Assembly (NCBI GenBank): GCA_045863395.1
Contig: BTVJ01000098.1
Location: forward strand, 1 to 26,098
DNA from: Myxococcales bacterium
GTDB taxonomy: Bacteria > Myxococcota_A > UBA9042 > JABWCM01 > BTVJ01
Direction of reading: 5' to 3'
DNA length: 26,098 bases
The position numbers were made by a program, and so were the translations under genes. The notes beneath the pieces were generated by a model. It was not told where the DNA came from and did not search any database. It saw nothing but the letters and a program-made list of their open reading frames with translations. Shown one piece after another: positions 7,103-16,417 of the stretch; position 1 is the stretch's first letter, and every line of letters begins with the position of its first letter.

Positions 7103-10100
7103 TCAGTCGAGGACAAACTCCAGCAGGGCCGCGTAGCGCTCGATGTCCGCCACGTAGTGCCCCGGGTAGTGCGCGCGCGTCCCCGGGATGGGGTCGTGCT
7201 TCGTGGCCATGCGCTGCTCGAGCTCGGCCTTGACGCGCGCCTTCAAGGCCGCGCGGGCCCCGGCGTCCAGGCTGCTCCGCATGACGTGGGCACCGACGGT
7301 CTCCGGCTGCAGCGCGAGCAGGGCGTCGTCCAGCGCGGCCACCGCCGACAGGAACAGCGTGAGGGCGCTCCGGGCCTCCGGGGACAGGCCGAACCGAGGG
7401 TCCCCCTCCAGCGCTGCCGTGCTGCGCCGCGCCTGCCTCACGATGGCGAGCAGGTCCGTCGCGCTGGTCGCGAGGCGGGGCTCCTCCCGCTGGAGCACCT
7501 CCACGTCGCCGGGGGCCCACTCCACCTCCAGGGCCCAGCGCGAGAGGTGGGCGGACTCCCGCACGTAGCGCAGGCCGAGCACCGCATCCCGGCCCTTTCC
7601 GGGCACGGTGATCGCGCGGCTCAGCAGGAGCAGCGCCAGGAGCGCGGCGCGGGTCTCCGCGGCCTCCACCTCACGCCCCGTGTGCAGCTCTGTCGCCTGC
7701 TCCGCCAGGCCGAGGAAGGGCAGGAGCGGGCGGCGGCGCACCGTCAGCCCATCGGGAGCCACGGACAGCTCGGTGAACTGCCGGGCCGTGAACAGGTCGG
7801 GGCCCGCCTCGCCGGTCTGGAGCTCGTTGAGCAGCACGTCCGCGTCGTTGGCGATCTCGTCGAACCACTCGGGGATCAGGGCCATGTTGCGGCGGTAGTA
7901 GATGAACACGTCCGGCGACAGCAGCGGGACGTGGCCCCGCACCACGCTCAGGCGACCGGCGCCCTTGGACTGGAGCAGCGCGATGAACTGGTTGCGGTCG
8001 TCGGCGAGGCGGCGCTGGTCGTCGGTGTCCAGGTTGGCGGTGGGCGGAGTCCCGATGGCGATGGCGGCAAAGGCCCCGGACTGCGGGCGGTCCGGGGCGC
8101 CGGCCACGGGGCTCACCCGGGCGAGGGGGCTCGACAGCAGGTCGTGGCAGCGCGCCACGACGGAGCCGACCAGGGCCTCGGCCCGGCCGTTGTGGAGCGT
8201 CGCGCGGGTGGTGCGGCCGCTGCGGACCCGGTCGTAGTAGGAGGAGAGGACGTCGACGCCGGACGCGGAGCCGGCCACGGCCTGCTGAGACAGCACGCTG
8301 AGCTCGCCGTAGTCCGCCTGCAGCGTGATGGCGCGCTCCAGGGTCAGCCTGGCCCGCAGGTACGCCTCCAGCTCGCCCTCGAGGGCCGCCTTGAGGCTGT
8401 GAGACGAGCGCCGCACGAGGGCCGCAGCGAGCTCGCGGCTGGACAGCCCCGCCACCTGGCTGCGGACCGCGGCCATGAAGCCGACGATGTGCGCGCCCAG
8501 GGTGTCCAGGGTCGCTCCCCCGTCGGGGGCGCCGCCCCCCAGGCCGCCGAACTGGCGCTTGATGTCCAGGTCGGCGACCTGGTCGAGGTAGTACCAGTGC
8601 CAGAGGCGCTGGTGCCCGTTGTGGTCGGTCAGCACCTCGTGATCGTGGAGGAACCCGCGACTCGCGGGCACGAGCAGCGCGTGGGACTCCTTGCGGAGCT
8701 CCTGGGCGGCTGCGTGCGCTGCCTCCGAGTAGCTCTCGTAGCCCGCGATGCGCACCAGCGCCGCCTGCCGGACGGCCGACGCCAGGCCGGAGACGACCAC
8801 CCACTGGAGCGCCTCGAGGGCGGGCTGCGCGGTCATCGCGTGCAGCTCGCCAACCAGCTTGTTGATCTCGCCTTGGACCTCCTCATCGGTGTTGTCCGCC
8901 GTCAGCTTTGACAGCCACTTCTCGAGGCCGGTCTTCGGGCGTTGGATCTCGTTGATTCGATCGGTCCCGGCTCGGACGTGCTCGTCAGCGCCCTTCAGCG
9001 CCGCCTCGAACTCTGCCCTCGCAGACTCCGCGCGGCTCGCCAGACGGGCGAGCGCGCCCGTGCCGAACAGCCCCGGGAAGCGGTCCGGGTGCAGCGCGCG
9101 AAGAGACTGCTCCACGTCCGAGGAGGGACCGTGACTCCAGTGGGGGAGCGCCGCAAACCACTCGTCCGGTGTCGCCGGCAGCGGGCTCGTGGCGTTCAGG
9201 TCGCAGGCCGTGATGGCGTAGAGGAGGCAGAGCTCGGCGACGGTCGGGAGGTCGGCGCCTGCGCTGGCGCTGCTCGCGGCCAGGTCCGACTCGGCCCCGA
9301 CCAGCGAGGTCCAGAAGGACGCAGACGACAGCTCGCGGGCAAACTCGGCGACCAGCGCGTCAGCCTCCCTCAGCGCCCCCGCCGCCTGGTTCTTGCGCTT
9401 GTTGACGACGGAGCTGAAGGTCGCCTTCTGCGCGTACAGGCCCTCCGCGAGGTGGGCGTCGAGACCACGGCTGGCACTCGTCAAGACCTCCTTCATCTTG
9501 GCGACGAGCTGCCCCATGAGGGTGCGGGTCGGGTGTGCCAGCGAGAGCGTCCGGGCCACCGACCCCCAGATGGACAGCTCGTTGGTGCCCGTCCCCAGGG
9601 CGCCGCGCATCTCCCGCGCCTCTGAGCAGCCGAGCTCCACCACGCTCGCGAGGAAGCACTTGCCGATGAGGGCCCTGCGCACGGCCGGAGCCGTCCGCGG
9701 GGCGGTGGCGGCCCTGGCCCGCTCCGCGTCGAGCCGGGTCAGCTCGGCCCGGCCTTGCTCGTCCGACGCGAGGCGCGCGAACTCCAGGTGGAGCGGCGAC
9801 GTGCGCTCCAGCACGTCCCCCACCACGAGCGTCGAGAGGTAGCGCACCAGCTCTTCTCGCGGCAGGTGGACCACGGCCGAGCCGTGGGCCGCGTAGCTCG
9901 CCGTGCTACCGGGGAGCCCGCTCTTCGGGCCGTAGACCTGGCTGAGCTGGAGCTGATAGTTGGCATGGTCGGAGGCGCTCGGCTGGTGGACTCCCTGGTA
10001 GGTAGCTGCAAACAGGGCCTCTGCGGCAGACTGATAGGCCTGGACTCCGCTCTGGCGACCGGTCTGCTCATAGAGGTAGACGTAGCTGAACGGCGCGCGG

Positions 10101-10984
10101 GAGATGTGTGTGACGGTGGACGAAGCCCACAGGGGGAGCTGCCCCTTGGCCGGGTCCGCGCCGGCCGCCTCGAAGCGCTCGAGGTAGGTCTTCGTGGCGG
10201 TCTGGCGGCCGAGCTTCTGGAAGTGCTCCAGCTCCATGAGCGCGGCGCAGCAGTTGGCCTCCACCCGCGTCGCGTTGACGCCATACTGGGCGGCGGTCAG
10301 CGCCGTGTCCAGGAAGGCGTGGCCCACGAAGTCGTGGCACAGCGGGTCGTTGCCGATGAGCTGGCGGAGCGCGGCGGCCACGTGGAGCGCGCCACCGGAG
10401 CCGGTCCCGCCAGCGAGCCCGAACACCACATGGACCTCGTAGCCGGCCTGCGGGTCCGCCTCCGAGACGGTGGCTCTGCGCTTGAGGAAGGTCTCCAGCC
10501 TGTCCATGAGGCCCTGGTGGTCCAGCGCGTGGTGGACTGCCATGCGCGTCACGAGTCGCCGCTGGCCGGCGCCCGGGAGCTGGAGCATGGTGACCGGTGC
10601 ACCGACGACGAGCCTCCCGTCGCTCACCGTGGTCTGGCGCGGAAGCCACGCCTCGAGCTGGTCGCGGACCCGGCTCGGTGGACCGGCCAGCGTGGCGTCG
10701 TACCACCGCTTGGCGCGCTCGATGTCGAGCGTGAACCGCTCATCGAGGTCCAGCCCGCTGCTGCTGAGCTCACCGCCGTCGGTGTCGATGGCCAGGTAGA
10801 GGTAGCGGGCGCCGACGCCGGCGTGGCCGGCAGTCGCGACGCCCGCCGCGTGCGCCAGCACCCTCTTGAATGACTGGATGGTCTTCACCCCGGAGCCTCC
10901 CACGCCGACCACCAGGAAGGTCCGCTGGCTGTAGGGGTTCACGAGGACGCGGCCTGCCTCTTCCATCGCGTGAGTGTGCGGCAT
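7103..10984 (-). CDS. Divergent tubulin/FtsZ-like GTPase (Tubulin_2 / FtsZl1-type) with a long alpha-helical C-terminal extension
   Basis: 1293 aa. Contains T1-like FLVVGVGGSG, YLAIDTD, T3-like GAGQRR, the tubulin signature loop FGLAGGTGSGG (AGGTGSGG at 10414-10391) and NCCAALMEL. AGGAGGT RBS lies at 11001-10995. Confidence 0.88.
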   Translation of the reverse strand: MPHTHAMEEAGRVLVNPYSQRTFLVVGVGGSGVKTIQSFKRVLAHAAGVATAGHAGVGARYLYLAIDTDGGELSSSGLDLDERFTLDIERAKRWYDATLAGPPSRVRDQLEAWLPRQTTVSDGRLVVGAPVTMLQLPGAGQRRLVTRMAVHHALDHQGLMDRLETFLKRRATVSEADPQAGYEVHVVFGLAGGTGSGGALHVAAALRQLIGNDPLCHDFVGHAFLDTALTAAQYGVNATRVEANCCAALMELEHFQKLGRQTATKTYLERFEAAGADPAKGQLPLWASSTVTHISRAPFSYVYLYEQTGRQSGVQAYQSAAEALFAATYQGVHQPSASDHANYQLQLSQVYGPKSGLPGSTASYAAHGSAVVHLPREELVRYLSTLVVGDVLERTSPLHLEFARLASDEQGRAELTRLDAERARAATAPRTAPAVRRALIGKCFLASVVELGCSEAREMRGALGTGTNELSIWGSVARTLSLAHPTRTLMGQLVAKMKEVLTSASRGLDAHLAEGLYAQKATFSSVVNKRKNQAAGALREADALVAEFARELSSASFWTSLVGAESDLAASSASAGADLPTVAELCLLYAITACDLNATSPLPATPDEWFAALPHWSHGPSSDVEQSLRALHPDRFPGLFGTGALARLASRAESARAEFEAALKGADEHVRAGTDRINEIQRPKTGLEKWLSKLTADNTDEEVQGEINKLVGELHAMTAQPALEALQWVVVSGLASAVRQAALVRIAGYESYSEAAHAAAQELRKESHALLVPASRGFLHDHEVLTDHNGHQRLWHWYYLDQVADLDIKRQFGGLGGGAPDGGATLDTLGAHIVGFMAAVRSQVAGLSSRELAAALVRRSSHSLKAALEGELEAYLRARLTLERAITLQADYGELSVLSQQAVAGSASGVDVLSSYYDRVRSGRTTRATLHNGRAEALVGSVVARCHDLLSSPLARVSPVAGAPDRPQSGAFAAIAIGTPPTANLDTDDQRRLADDRNQFIALLQSKGAGRLSVVRGHVPLLSPDVFIYYRRNMALIPEWFDEIANDADVLLNELQTGEAGPDLFTARQFTELSVAPDGLTVRRRPLLPFLGLAEQATELHTGREVEAAETRAALLALLLLSRAITVPGKGRDAVLGLRYVRESAHLSRWALEVEWAPGDVEVLQREEPRLATSATDLLAIVRQARRSTAALEGDPRFGLSPEARSALTLFLSAVAALDDALLALQPETVGAHVMRSSLDAGARAALKARVKAELEQRMATKHDPIPGTRAHYPGHYVADIERYAALLEFVLD

Positions 10985-11008
10985 GACGGTTCAGACCTCC
11001 TTTGAGGG

Positions 11009-13708
11009 TCAGGAGCAGAGGCCCGCAAGGCGGGACCAGGAGTAGATGAGCAGCGCGAGGCACCCCAGGATGAAGAGCCAGAGGTGCCACCGGATCGGGT
11101 GCAGCAGCGGACCAATCAGGTCGGCGAACGTCTCCCGCGCGGACCGCTTCTTCGCGCCCAGGCGGAGCTCGGCCCGCATGGGGTGGACGTCGCTGCCAGA
11201 GGCGGCCATCAGCCCCTCGGGGACTGACCGGACCGACTGGATCGGCAGCTTGCGCTTGGTGCGGAAGCCATCCTTGAAGTGGAACGTGATGTCTCCTCGG
11301 TAGTGCTTCGACGCGGGCTTCACGTAGAGGCCATACCTCACCGAGCCCGTGAACCACCGGGTCAGCATCCAGTTTCTCGCGCGCGCGCCGGGCGCATAGT
11401 CACCCTCCAGCGGGACGGGGCGGGTCTTGCCCTTCTCGTCGACGGTGGCGATCACGGAGATGTCTCGCAGCTCGCCGGGGAACCCGTAGGTGTTCACGAT
11501 GAGGAGCAGCGCGGCGGCCCCGAGCAGCAGGAAGAGGAGAGTCGCGACCACGGCCGCGCCGCGGCAGGTCCACCAGCCGTCCGACAGGAGGGGCTTGTGG
11601 AAGTCGAAGCGCTGCGAGCCGACGGGCACGGCGAAGCGGCGCGTGGGGAAGACCGTGACCACCGCCTCGTGGACTCCGTCCAGGCTGCACAGGGAGCTGT
11701 CCGTGCGGAGAGTGGCCAGCGAGACGGTGCCGCCCGCCGGGATCGTGAGGATCGGGGGCGCCAGCTCCACGAGGGCGTCCCCGGGGCTCGCCTCCGCGAC
11801 GAGGGTCACCTGCTCGGCGTCTCCGTCGGTCTTGACGTCCACGCGGGAGCCCACGAGGCAGATGGGGCACGCCGCCCCGTTGACCAGGGACAGGTGTGCC
11901 ACGTTTCCGGCGGCGGGGCAGGCGTCCCAGGGCTGGGCCTCAGCCCGGGCGCCGATGGCCGTCAGCTTGTCGAAGGGGTTGGTGAAGGTCAGGTGCAGGG
12001 TGGATCCCGGCGGTCCCCCGGGTGCGGGAATCGGCAGATCCACCGTAGACATGGCCGGGTCCAGCGCGCAGCCGTCGGCGTCCGGCTGGAACTTCACCGC
12101 GAGGTCGACGACCCAGGCGCCGCCCGCGTCCTGGCGGGGCGGCCCGTCCTGGGCGATGGCGAAGCACGCGGCGTGGGGGCCGTCCGGCAGGGGCACCACC
12201 ACGGACTTGTCCGGGCAGGCCTCCTCCAGCGGGGCGGTGACGCGGACGACCCGCGCGCTCTCCTCACAGCACCACGAGAAGGCGGCCTTCAGATCGAGTG
12301 GCTCCTTCAGCTTGCACGCGGCGCAGGAGAAGTCGCGTGCCGGGGAGAGGTCGACGGTCTGGCCCTGGCGTGTGGGGTGGTCCGCCACCACGCGGGCGGA
12401 CCAGTCTCCGCGCTTGCAGCGCCAGGGGGCGCTCGGGGCGTCGAAGACTCCAGAGGCTCCCACGCGGCCGAGCGCGAGAGTGGTCTCGGGCTGGCCCGTG
12501 CGCGCGTCGGTCACCACCACCCGGGCATTGCGCTCGTCGCAGCGCCCGGTCAGGTGCGTGCGGAAGCACAGCTCGGCGCCGACCGCGATGGGGTCGGGGT
12601 TTGCGGGGTCGGCGGGCCACAGCGCGGCGGGCGGACAGCCTCCGACCCCCAGGAGGAGGCTGCGGTCCCGAGCGTCGGACTGCTGCACGGGCACGAAGAG
12701 GGCCCGCCACACGGCCTCGGGCGGAGACACCTCCACGCGGAGCTGCGCCGCGGTCGAGGTGACGTGGTGGATGGCGTAGTGATATTCCTTTGAGGACTTC
12801 GAATACTGGTATGTGCTCTTCAGGGTCTCCTTCGCGGTGACGGACCCGGCGGTGTCCGGCGCTCCCTTCGGGTCGACCCCATGCACCGTCACCGTGAAGG
12901 CGCGGTCAGCCAGCACGAGCAGGCGCGTCTCTGCGCTGGTCATGCAGCCCTGGAGCGTGGGCACTTCGGGAGTCGCCTCTACGGCCTCGCTGTAGGCCGC
13001 CCCGACGCGGAGCGCCCCCGCGAAGGCCGACAGCAGTGTCTCGCCCGATGCCGTCCCAGTCGCGAGGGGGTCGCTCGTGCCCAGGGCGACGGGGAAGGAG
13101 ACGATGGTCCCGGCCGAGACGGCCGACTGCACCTGCTGGAAGCTCTGCTGGGACCCGGCACCGAGGGCGATGAACACGGACGGGATGGGCGAGGAGCGAC
13201 CGGTTGAGAGAGCCTGCAGCTCGGTAGCGTAGTCGCTCCCCGCGGCGCAGTCTCCATCTCCGAGGACGACCACGACCTGGGGTCGTTTGGGAGACTTGGC
13301 GTGGGCTGCGTCCATGGCCGGCTTCATGACCCGGAACCCGGCCCGGCAGTCAGTCCCCTCGCTGTATGCAGCGATAGGCCGGAGCGCCTTGAGATCCGGG
13401 GTCTTTCCGAGGGGAATGACGACCGAGGCGTCCGCGTGCTTGGCGACGAGGACCCGGTCGTCCGGCCCGAGGAGCGCCCCCAGGAGCAGGGTCGACAGCA
13501 CGGTCACCCGGGACGGGTCGTTTGCCTGCATGGACCCGGACACGTCGAGGAGGACGAAGTAGTCGACGCCGCGGGCGGGCGGGAGCTTCTTGGGGGTGCT
13601 GGCCGCGGCCTGGGCCGAGGCGAGGGCGAGGAGCGCTCCGATCACGAGGACGGCGCGCGTGCGATGTGCCCTTGCGTCGGCGATCATGGTGGCGAACGTG
13701 CTGGCCAT
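11009..13708 (-). CDS. Secreted, membrane-anchored von Willebrand factor A (vWA) domain protein
   Basis: 899 aa. Signal-peptide-like N-terminus (AVLVIGALLALASAQA), MIDAS DxSxS motif FVLLDVSGSM (13546-13529), then EGTD and VVVLGDG. A Cys-rich beta-strand stalk leads to TM helix AAVVATLLFLLLGAAALLLIV and a second C-terminal TM helix LWLFILGCLALLIYSW. Confidence 0.85.
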   Translation of the reverse strand: MASTFATMIADARAHRTRAVLVIGALLALASAQAAASTPKKLPPARGVDYFVLLDVSGSMQANDPSRVTVLSTLLLGALLGPDDRVLVAKHADASVVIPLGKTPDLKALRPIAAYSEGTDCRAGFRVMKPAMDAAHAKSPKRPQVVVVLGDGDCAAGSDYATELQALSTGRSSPIPSVFIALGAGSQQSFQQVQSAVSAGTIVSFPVALGTSDPLATGTASGETLLSAFAGALRVGAAYSEAVEATPEVPTLQGCMTSAETRLLVLADRAFTVTVHGVDPKGAPDTAGSVTAKETLKSTYQYSKSSKEYHYAIHHVTSTAAQLRVEVSPPEAVWRALFVPVQQSDARDRSLLLGVGGCPPAALWPADPANPDPIAVGAELCFRTHLTGRCDERNARVVVTDARTGQPETTLALGRVGASGVFDAPSAPWRCKRGDWSARVVADHPTRQGQTVDLSPARDFSCAACKLKEPLDLKAAFSWCCEESARVVRVTAPLEEACPDKSVVVPLPDGPHAACFAIAQDGPPRQDAGGAWVVDLAVKFQPDADGCALDPAMSTVDLPIPAPGGPPGSTLHLTFTNPFDKLTAIGARAEAQPWDACPAAGNVAHLSLVNGAACPICLVGSRVDVKTDGDAEQVTLVAEASPGDALVELAPPILTIPAGGTVSLATLRTDSSLCSLDGVHEAVVTVFPTRRFAVPVGSQRFDFHKPLLSDGWWTCRGAAVVATLLFLLLGAAALLLIVNTYGFPGELRDISVIATVDEKGKTRPVPLEGDYAPGARARNWMLTRWFTGSVRYGLYVKPASKHYRGDITFHFKDGFRTKRKLPIQSVRSVPEGLMAASGSDVHPMRAELRLGAKKRSARETFADLIGPLLHPIRWHLWLFILGCLALLIYSWSRLAGLCS

Positions 13709-13992
13709 GGGCCTCCCTCTTGGCGCTGCGTGCAGCCCCGCTTCATCGGGCCACAGGGCATGAGAGACGGGAGGCCGGGGCTTCTGACACGAGAGCGGCG
13801 CTGCACCTCAGGACGACGCCGCGGGGCGATGTGGCGGGTCGCCGTGCGTCCACGGGGGCGCCGCGGGAGCGGGCTGCGCGTCGCGCCGATGGACCCGCAG
13901 GCATCCTGGTAGCTGCTGGTTCCGCTCTCCCGTTGACGAGCCGTGGGGTGCTCTCGCATCATGGGGCCTCATGATCGACCGGGAGACGGACG
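13709..13992. promoter_or_regulatory. Divergent intergenic region presumed to carry promoters for the vWA-tubulin operon and the 13993 gene
   Basis: A 284-bp gap between divergent starts, with RBS-like GGAGG (13716-13712, minus) and GGGAG (13981-13985, plus). No -10/-35 elements were identified with confidence. Confidence 0.45.
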
Positions 13993-16362
13993 GTGGCAGA
14001 ACCCGAGAGCAAGGAGCTGGCCGACGAGACGCTCACCCTGCTGCGGCGCCTCGGCGAGACGACACGTAGCGGCCAACCTCACGCAGGCGTCCGGGACAGC
14101 TTGAAGCGGCTCGAGGCATTGGGCGCGCTCCCGCCCGAGGCGCCGGCACCGGACTGGGTGGCCAGTCCAGAGTTGGAGCAGGCGCTCCAGTTGGCGGGAT
14201 CGGCGGTCGGGATCCACCGCGCAAATGGCTCGAAGGCGCAGAAGAAGGGGCAGAGACCCTACCTGTGGGAGCTGCTCCACAGAGTCGCCGACCCCGCCTG
14301 GAAGACGACGCTTCAGGCATTGTTCGAGCGGATCACTGGCGTCCAGTACCCCAGACCTCCGAAGCGGCCGCCGCAGGACGCGTCACCGAGGCCCGTTGTC
14401 GCAAACGCCGCCACACCGAGGCGCTCTGTGGCGAGGCCCGCTCCGGGTCCCGCGCCGAAGCGCACGCCGCGGCCGAATCGGTCGCGGGAGCTGACCATCT
14501 ACATGGACGAGGTCTGGGACCCTGATTGCAGTACGCAGGGGGTCATCGCTGGGGTGGCGGTCGACGGCTTTCCCGCTCCAGGAGCTCTCCATGGGCCGGG
14601 GGCCTTCGGCCTTCCGCCAACGGCAGATCACCTGTGGCGAAACAGTCCCAAGACCGCGGACGAGCGGCTGACTGCGGTCCTCGGAAACAAGGAGCTGCGC
14701 CCGTTCGTGTTTCCGATTACAGCGGTGACCGGTAGGGCCCAGGCGCAACACGATGAGCTGGTGGTGCGGGCCATCGAGCTATTGCTGATTCTGCTGGACC
14801 GTTGGGAGCCGGTGACCCGTGGCCACCGATCCGTGCGCGTCTATCTCGACCAGCACGCCCCCCACAACGCCGGCGACGTCTGGACAGACTATGTCCGCGG
14901 GCGGCTCGATGGAGCGCGTGGTGGCGCCAGCCGCTGGCACGTCGACCACGTGGGGTGGTGTGATGGTCGTGCGGGGCTCATCCCTCTGGCTGACCTGCTC
15001 GCAAACCCGTTCCACCCGGCTGGGAAGGGGCGCACCCGACGGGATGATCTGCGCCGCCTCCCCCTCTATGCGGAGCTGTCGCTCAGTCTCCTTCCTGCGC
15101 TGCAGGCCGTGTGGAGCGACGAGACCCCACCGGGGCAGGGGAGGGTGAGTGGGCGCGCCGAGGCCATCGTGGACTTCTTCGGGCTTGCGAGCGGCAACCT
15201 GGGGGACGAGGTCCTTGGCCTCATCGGGACGCAGGTGCGACGCGACGACGCGCTGGCGCGTGCCGTCGCGCGTGAGCTGGACGAGCGGTTTCGTGCCAAG
15301 GACCGCGACCTGGCGCGGCTCCGTCGAACCTGCCGAGCGTGGGAGCAGGTCCTCCCGTTCGATGCTCCCGGTGTCTCCGTCGGAGTTCAGCTCCTGGCGC
15401 GAGCTGTCGCCATCCAGGAGGCGAACCACTCCGGTGCGCCGGAGCGGGCGCGAGTCCACGTGGAGGCCTACCGGTCCGGGCTTCGGCGCGCGGCTGCGGA
15501 CGCCCACCGCGAGGACGTGTGCTTCGCCGATCTCAACGTGGCGGTCTATCACGCGGACCGCCTCGAATTTGAGCGGGCGCTGAGGGTCGCCAACGATGTC
15601 CTTGGAGACCCGGCGTTCGGGGCGTTGAGCCCGCGGAGCCGGGGGCGCGCCCTGAGCAGCGCGGGCCAGTACCTGGCCATCTTGGGCGAGGCCGATGAGG
15701 CGGATGCCCGCTTCGTCCAGGCGATCTCGCAGTTCGAGGCGGCGGACCTTCCCGACGTCGAGCGTGCGGGCGAGCTTGCACAGACCCGCAGCTACCGGGC
15801 GATCAACGCCATGGACGCGCCGCTGGACGGGTGGCGGGAGCGCTTGTCCGAGCTGCTTGGGCCCCTCGACGCCGCCGCCCGGTCTTTTGCGCAGGATGCC
15901 GGCGGGTCGGCGGCAGACTACCGTCACCATGTCCTGCTTCGAGCGTGTGCAGGACCCCCGGACGACGTCCTCCGCTCCGTCTCCGAGGTGTATCTCGCGG
16001 AGCGGACCGCATGGAAGCGGGGCGCGCTCCAGCACCCCTGGGAGCTCATCCATCTCTACAGGGGTCTGTTGGTCGCCCGCGCAGGGCTGGGCGAGTCGGT
16101 CGCCGCGGAGTGGCTCGATGCGGCGCTGGAGGTGGCGTGTGCACCGGACCATGGGCGCGTCATCCGGCTCATCGGCGCGGCCATCGCGGTGGAGTCGGAG
16201 CGTGTCGTCCCTGGGCGATACGCAGAGAGGGCGCGAGGGCTGATCGGTCGAGTGCGCGAGGAGTGGCCGGAGGCGGCGCCGCGCTTGGACGTCATCGGCG
16301 CTGCGCTGGATTCCCCGGAGGCCTCGTCGTCGCTGCTCGCTCTGCCCTTCACCTATCGGTAG
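13993..16362 (+). CDS. Hypothetical protein: N-terminal helical domain, Pro-rich linker, DUF3800-like RNase H-fold domain and C-terminal TPR-like helical repeats
   Basis: 789 aa, GTG start with GGGAG RBS. Contains IYMDE (14497-14511) followed by VIAGVAV, VRVYLDQ and LIPLADLLA (14977-15003), which resembles the DUF3800 hYhDE...hADhhA pattern. An amphipathic TPR-like segment (RALSSAGQYLAILGEADEADARFVQAI) follows. Confidence 0.55.
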   Translation: MAEPESKELADETLTLLRRLGETTRSGQPHAGVRDSLKRLEALGALPPEAPAPDWVASPELEQALQLAGSAVGIHRANGSKAQKKGQRPYLWELLHRVADPAWKTTLQALFERITGVQYPRPPKRPPQDASPRPVVANAATPRRSVARPAPGPAPKRTPRPNRSRELTIYMDEVWDPDCSTQGVIAGVAVDGFPAPGALHGPGAFGLPPTADHLWRNSPKTADERLTAVLGNKELRPFVFPITAVTGRAQAQHDELVVRAIELLLILLDRWEPVTRGHRSVRVYLDQHAPHNAGDVWTDYVRGRLDGARGGASRWHVDHVGWCDGRAGLIPLADLLANPFHPAGKGRTRRDDLRRLPLYAELSLSLLPALQAVWSDETPPGQGRVSGRAEAIVDFFGLASGNLGDEVLGLIGTQVRRDDALARAVARELDERFRAKDRDLARLRRTCRAWEQVLPFDAPGVSVGVQLLARAVAIQEANHSGAPERARVHVEAYRSGLRRAAADAHREDVCFADLNVAVYHADRLEFERALRVANDVLGDPAFGALSPRSRGRALSSAGQYLAILGEADEADARFVQAISQFEAADLPDVERAGELAQTRSYRAINAMDAPLDGWRERLSELLGPLDAAARSFAQDAGGSAADYRHHVLLRACAGPPDDVLRSVSEVYLAERTAWKRGALQHPWELIHLYRGLLVARAGLGESVAAEWLDAALEVACAPDHGRVIRLIGAAIAVESERVVPGRYAERARGLIGRVREEWPEAAPRLDVIGAALDSPEASSSLLALPFTYR

Positions 16363-16417
16363 CGGTGCGGGCCGCCCGCGGACTCTTGGGGTGCGTTCTC
16401 CAGCCGCCGATGGCGCG

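Noticed and set aside
2547..10873. Long plus-strand ORFs (2547..5186, 5224..7233, 6461..8911, 9755..10873)
   Set aside because: These are antisense shadows typical of high-GC DNA. They fully overlap motif-bearing minus-strand genes and show no recognisable domains.
7103..10984. Calling this gene ftsZ
   Set aside because: It is about three times the usual FtsZ length, has no recognisable T7 loop or C-terminal FtsA-binding peptide, and has no dcw cluster neighbours.
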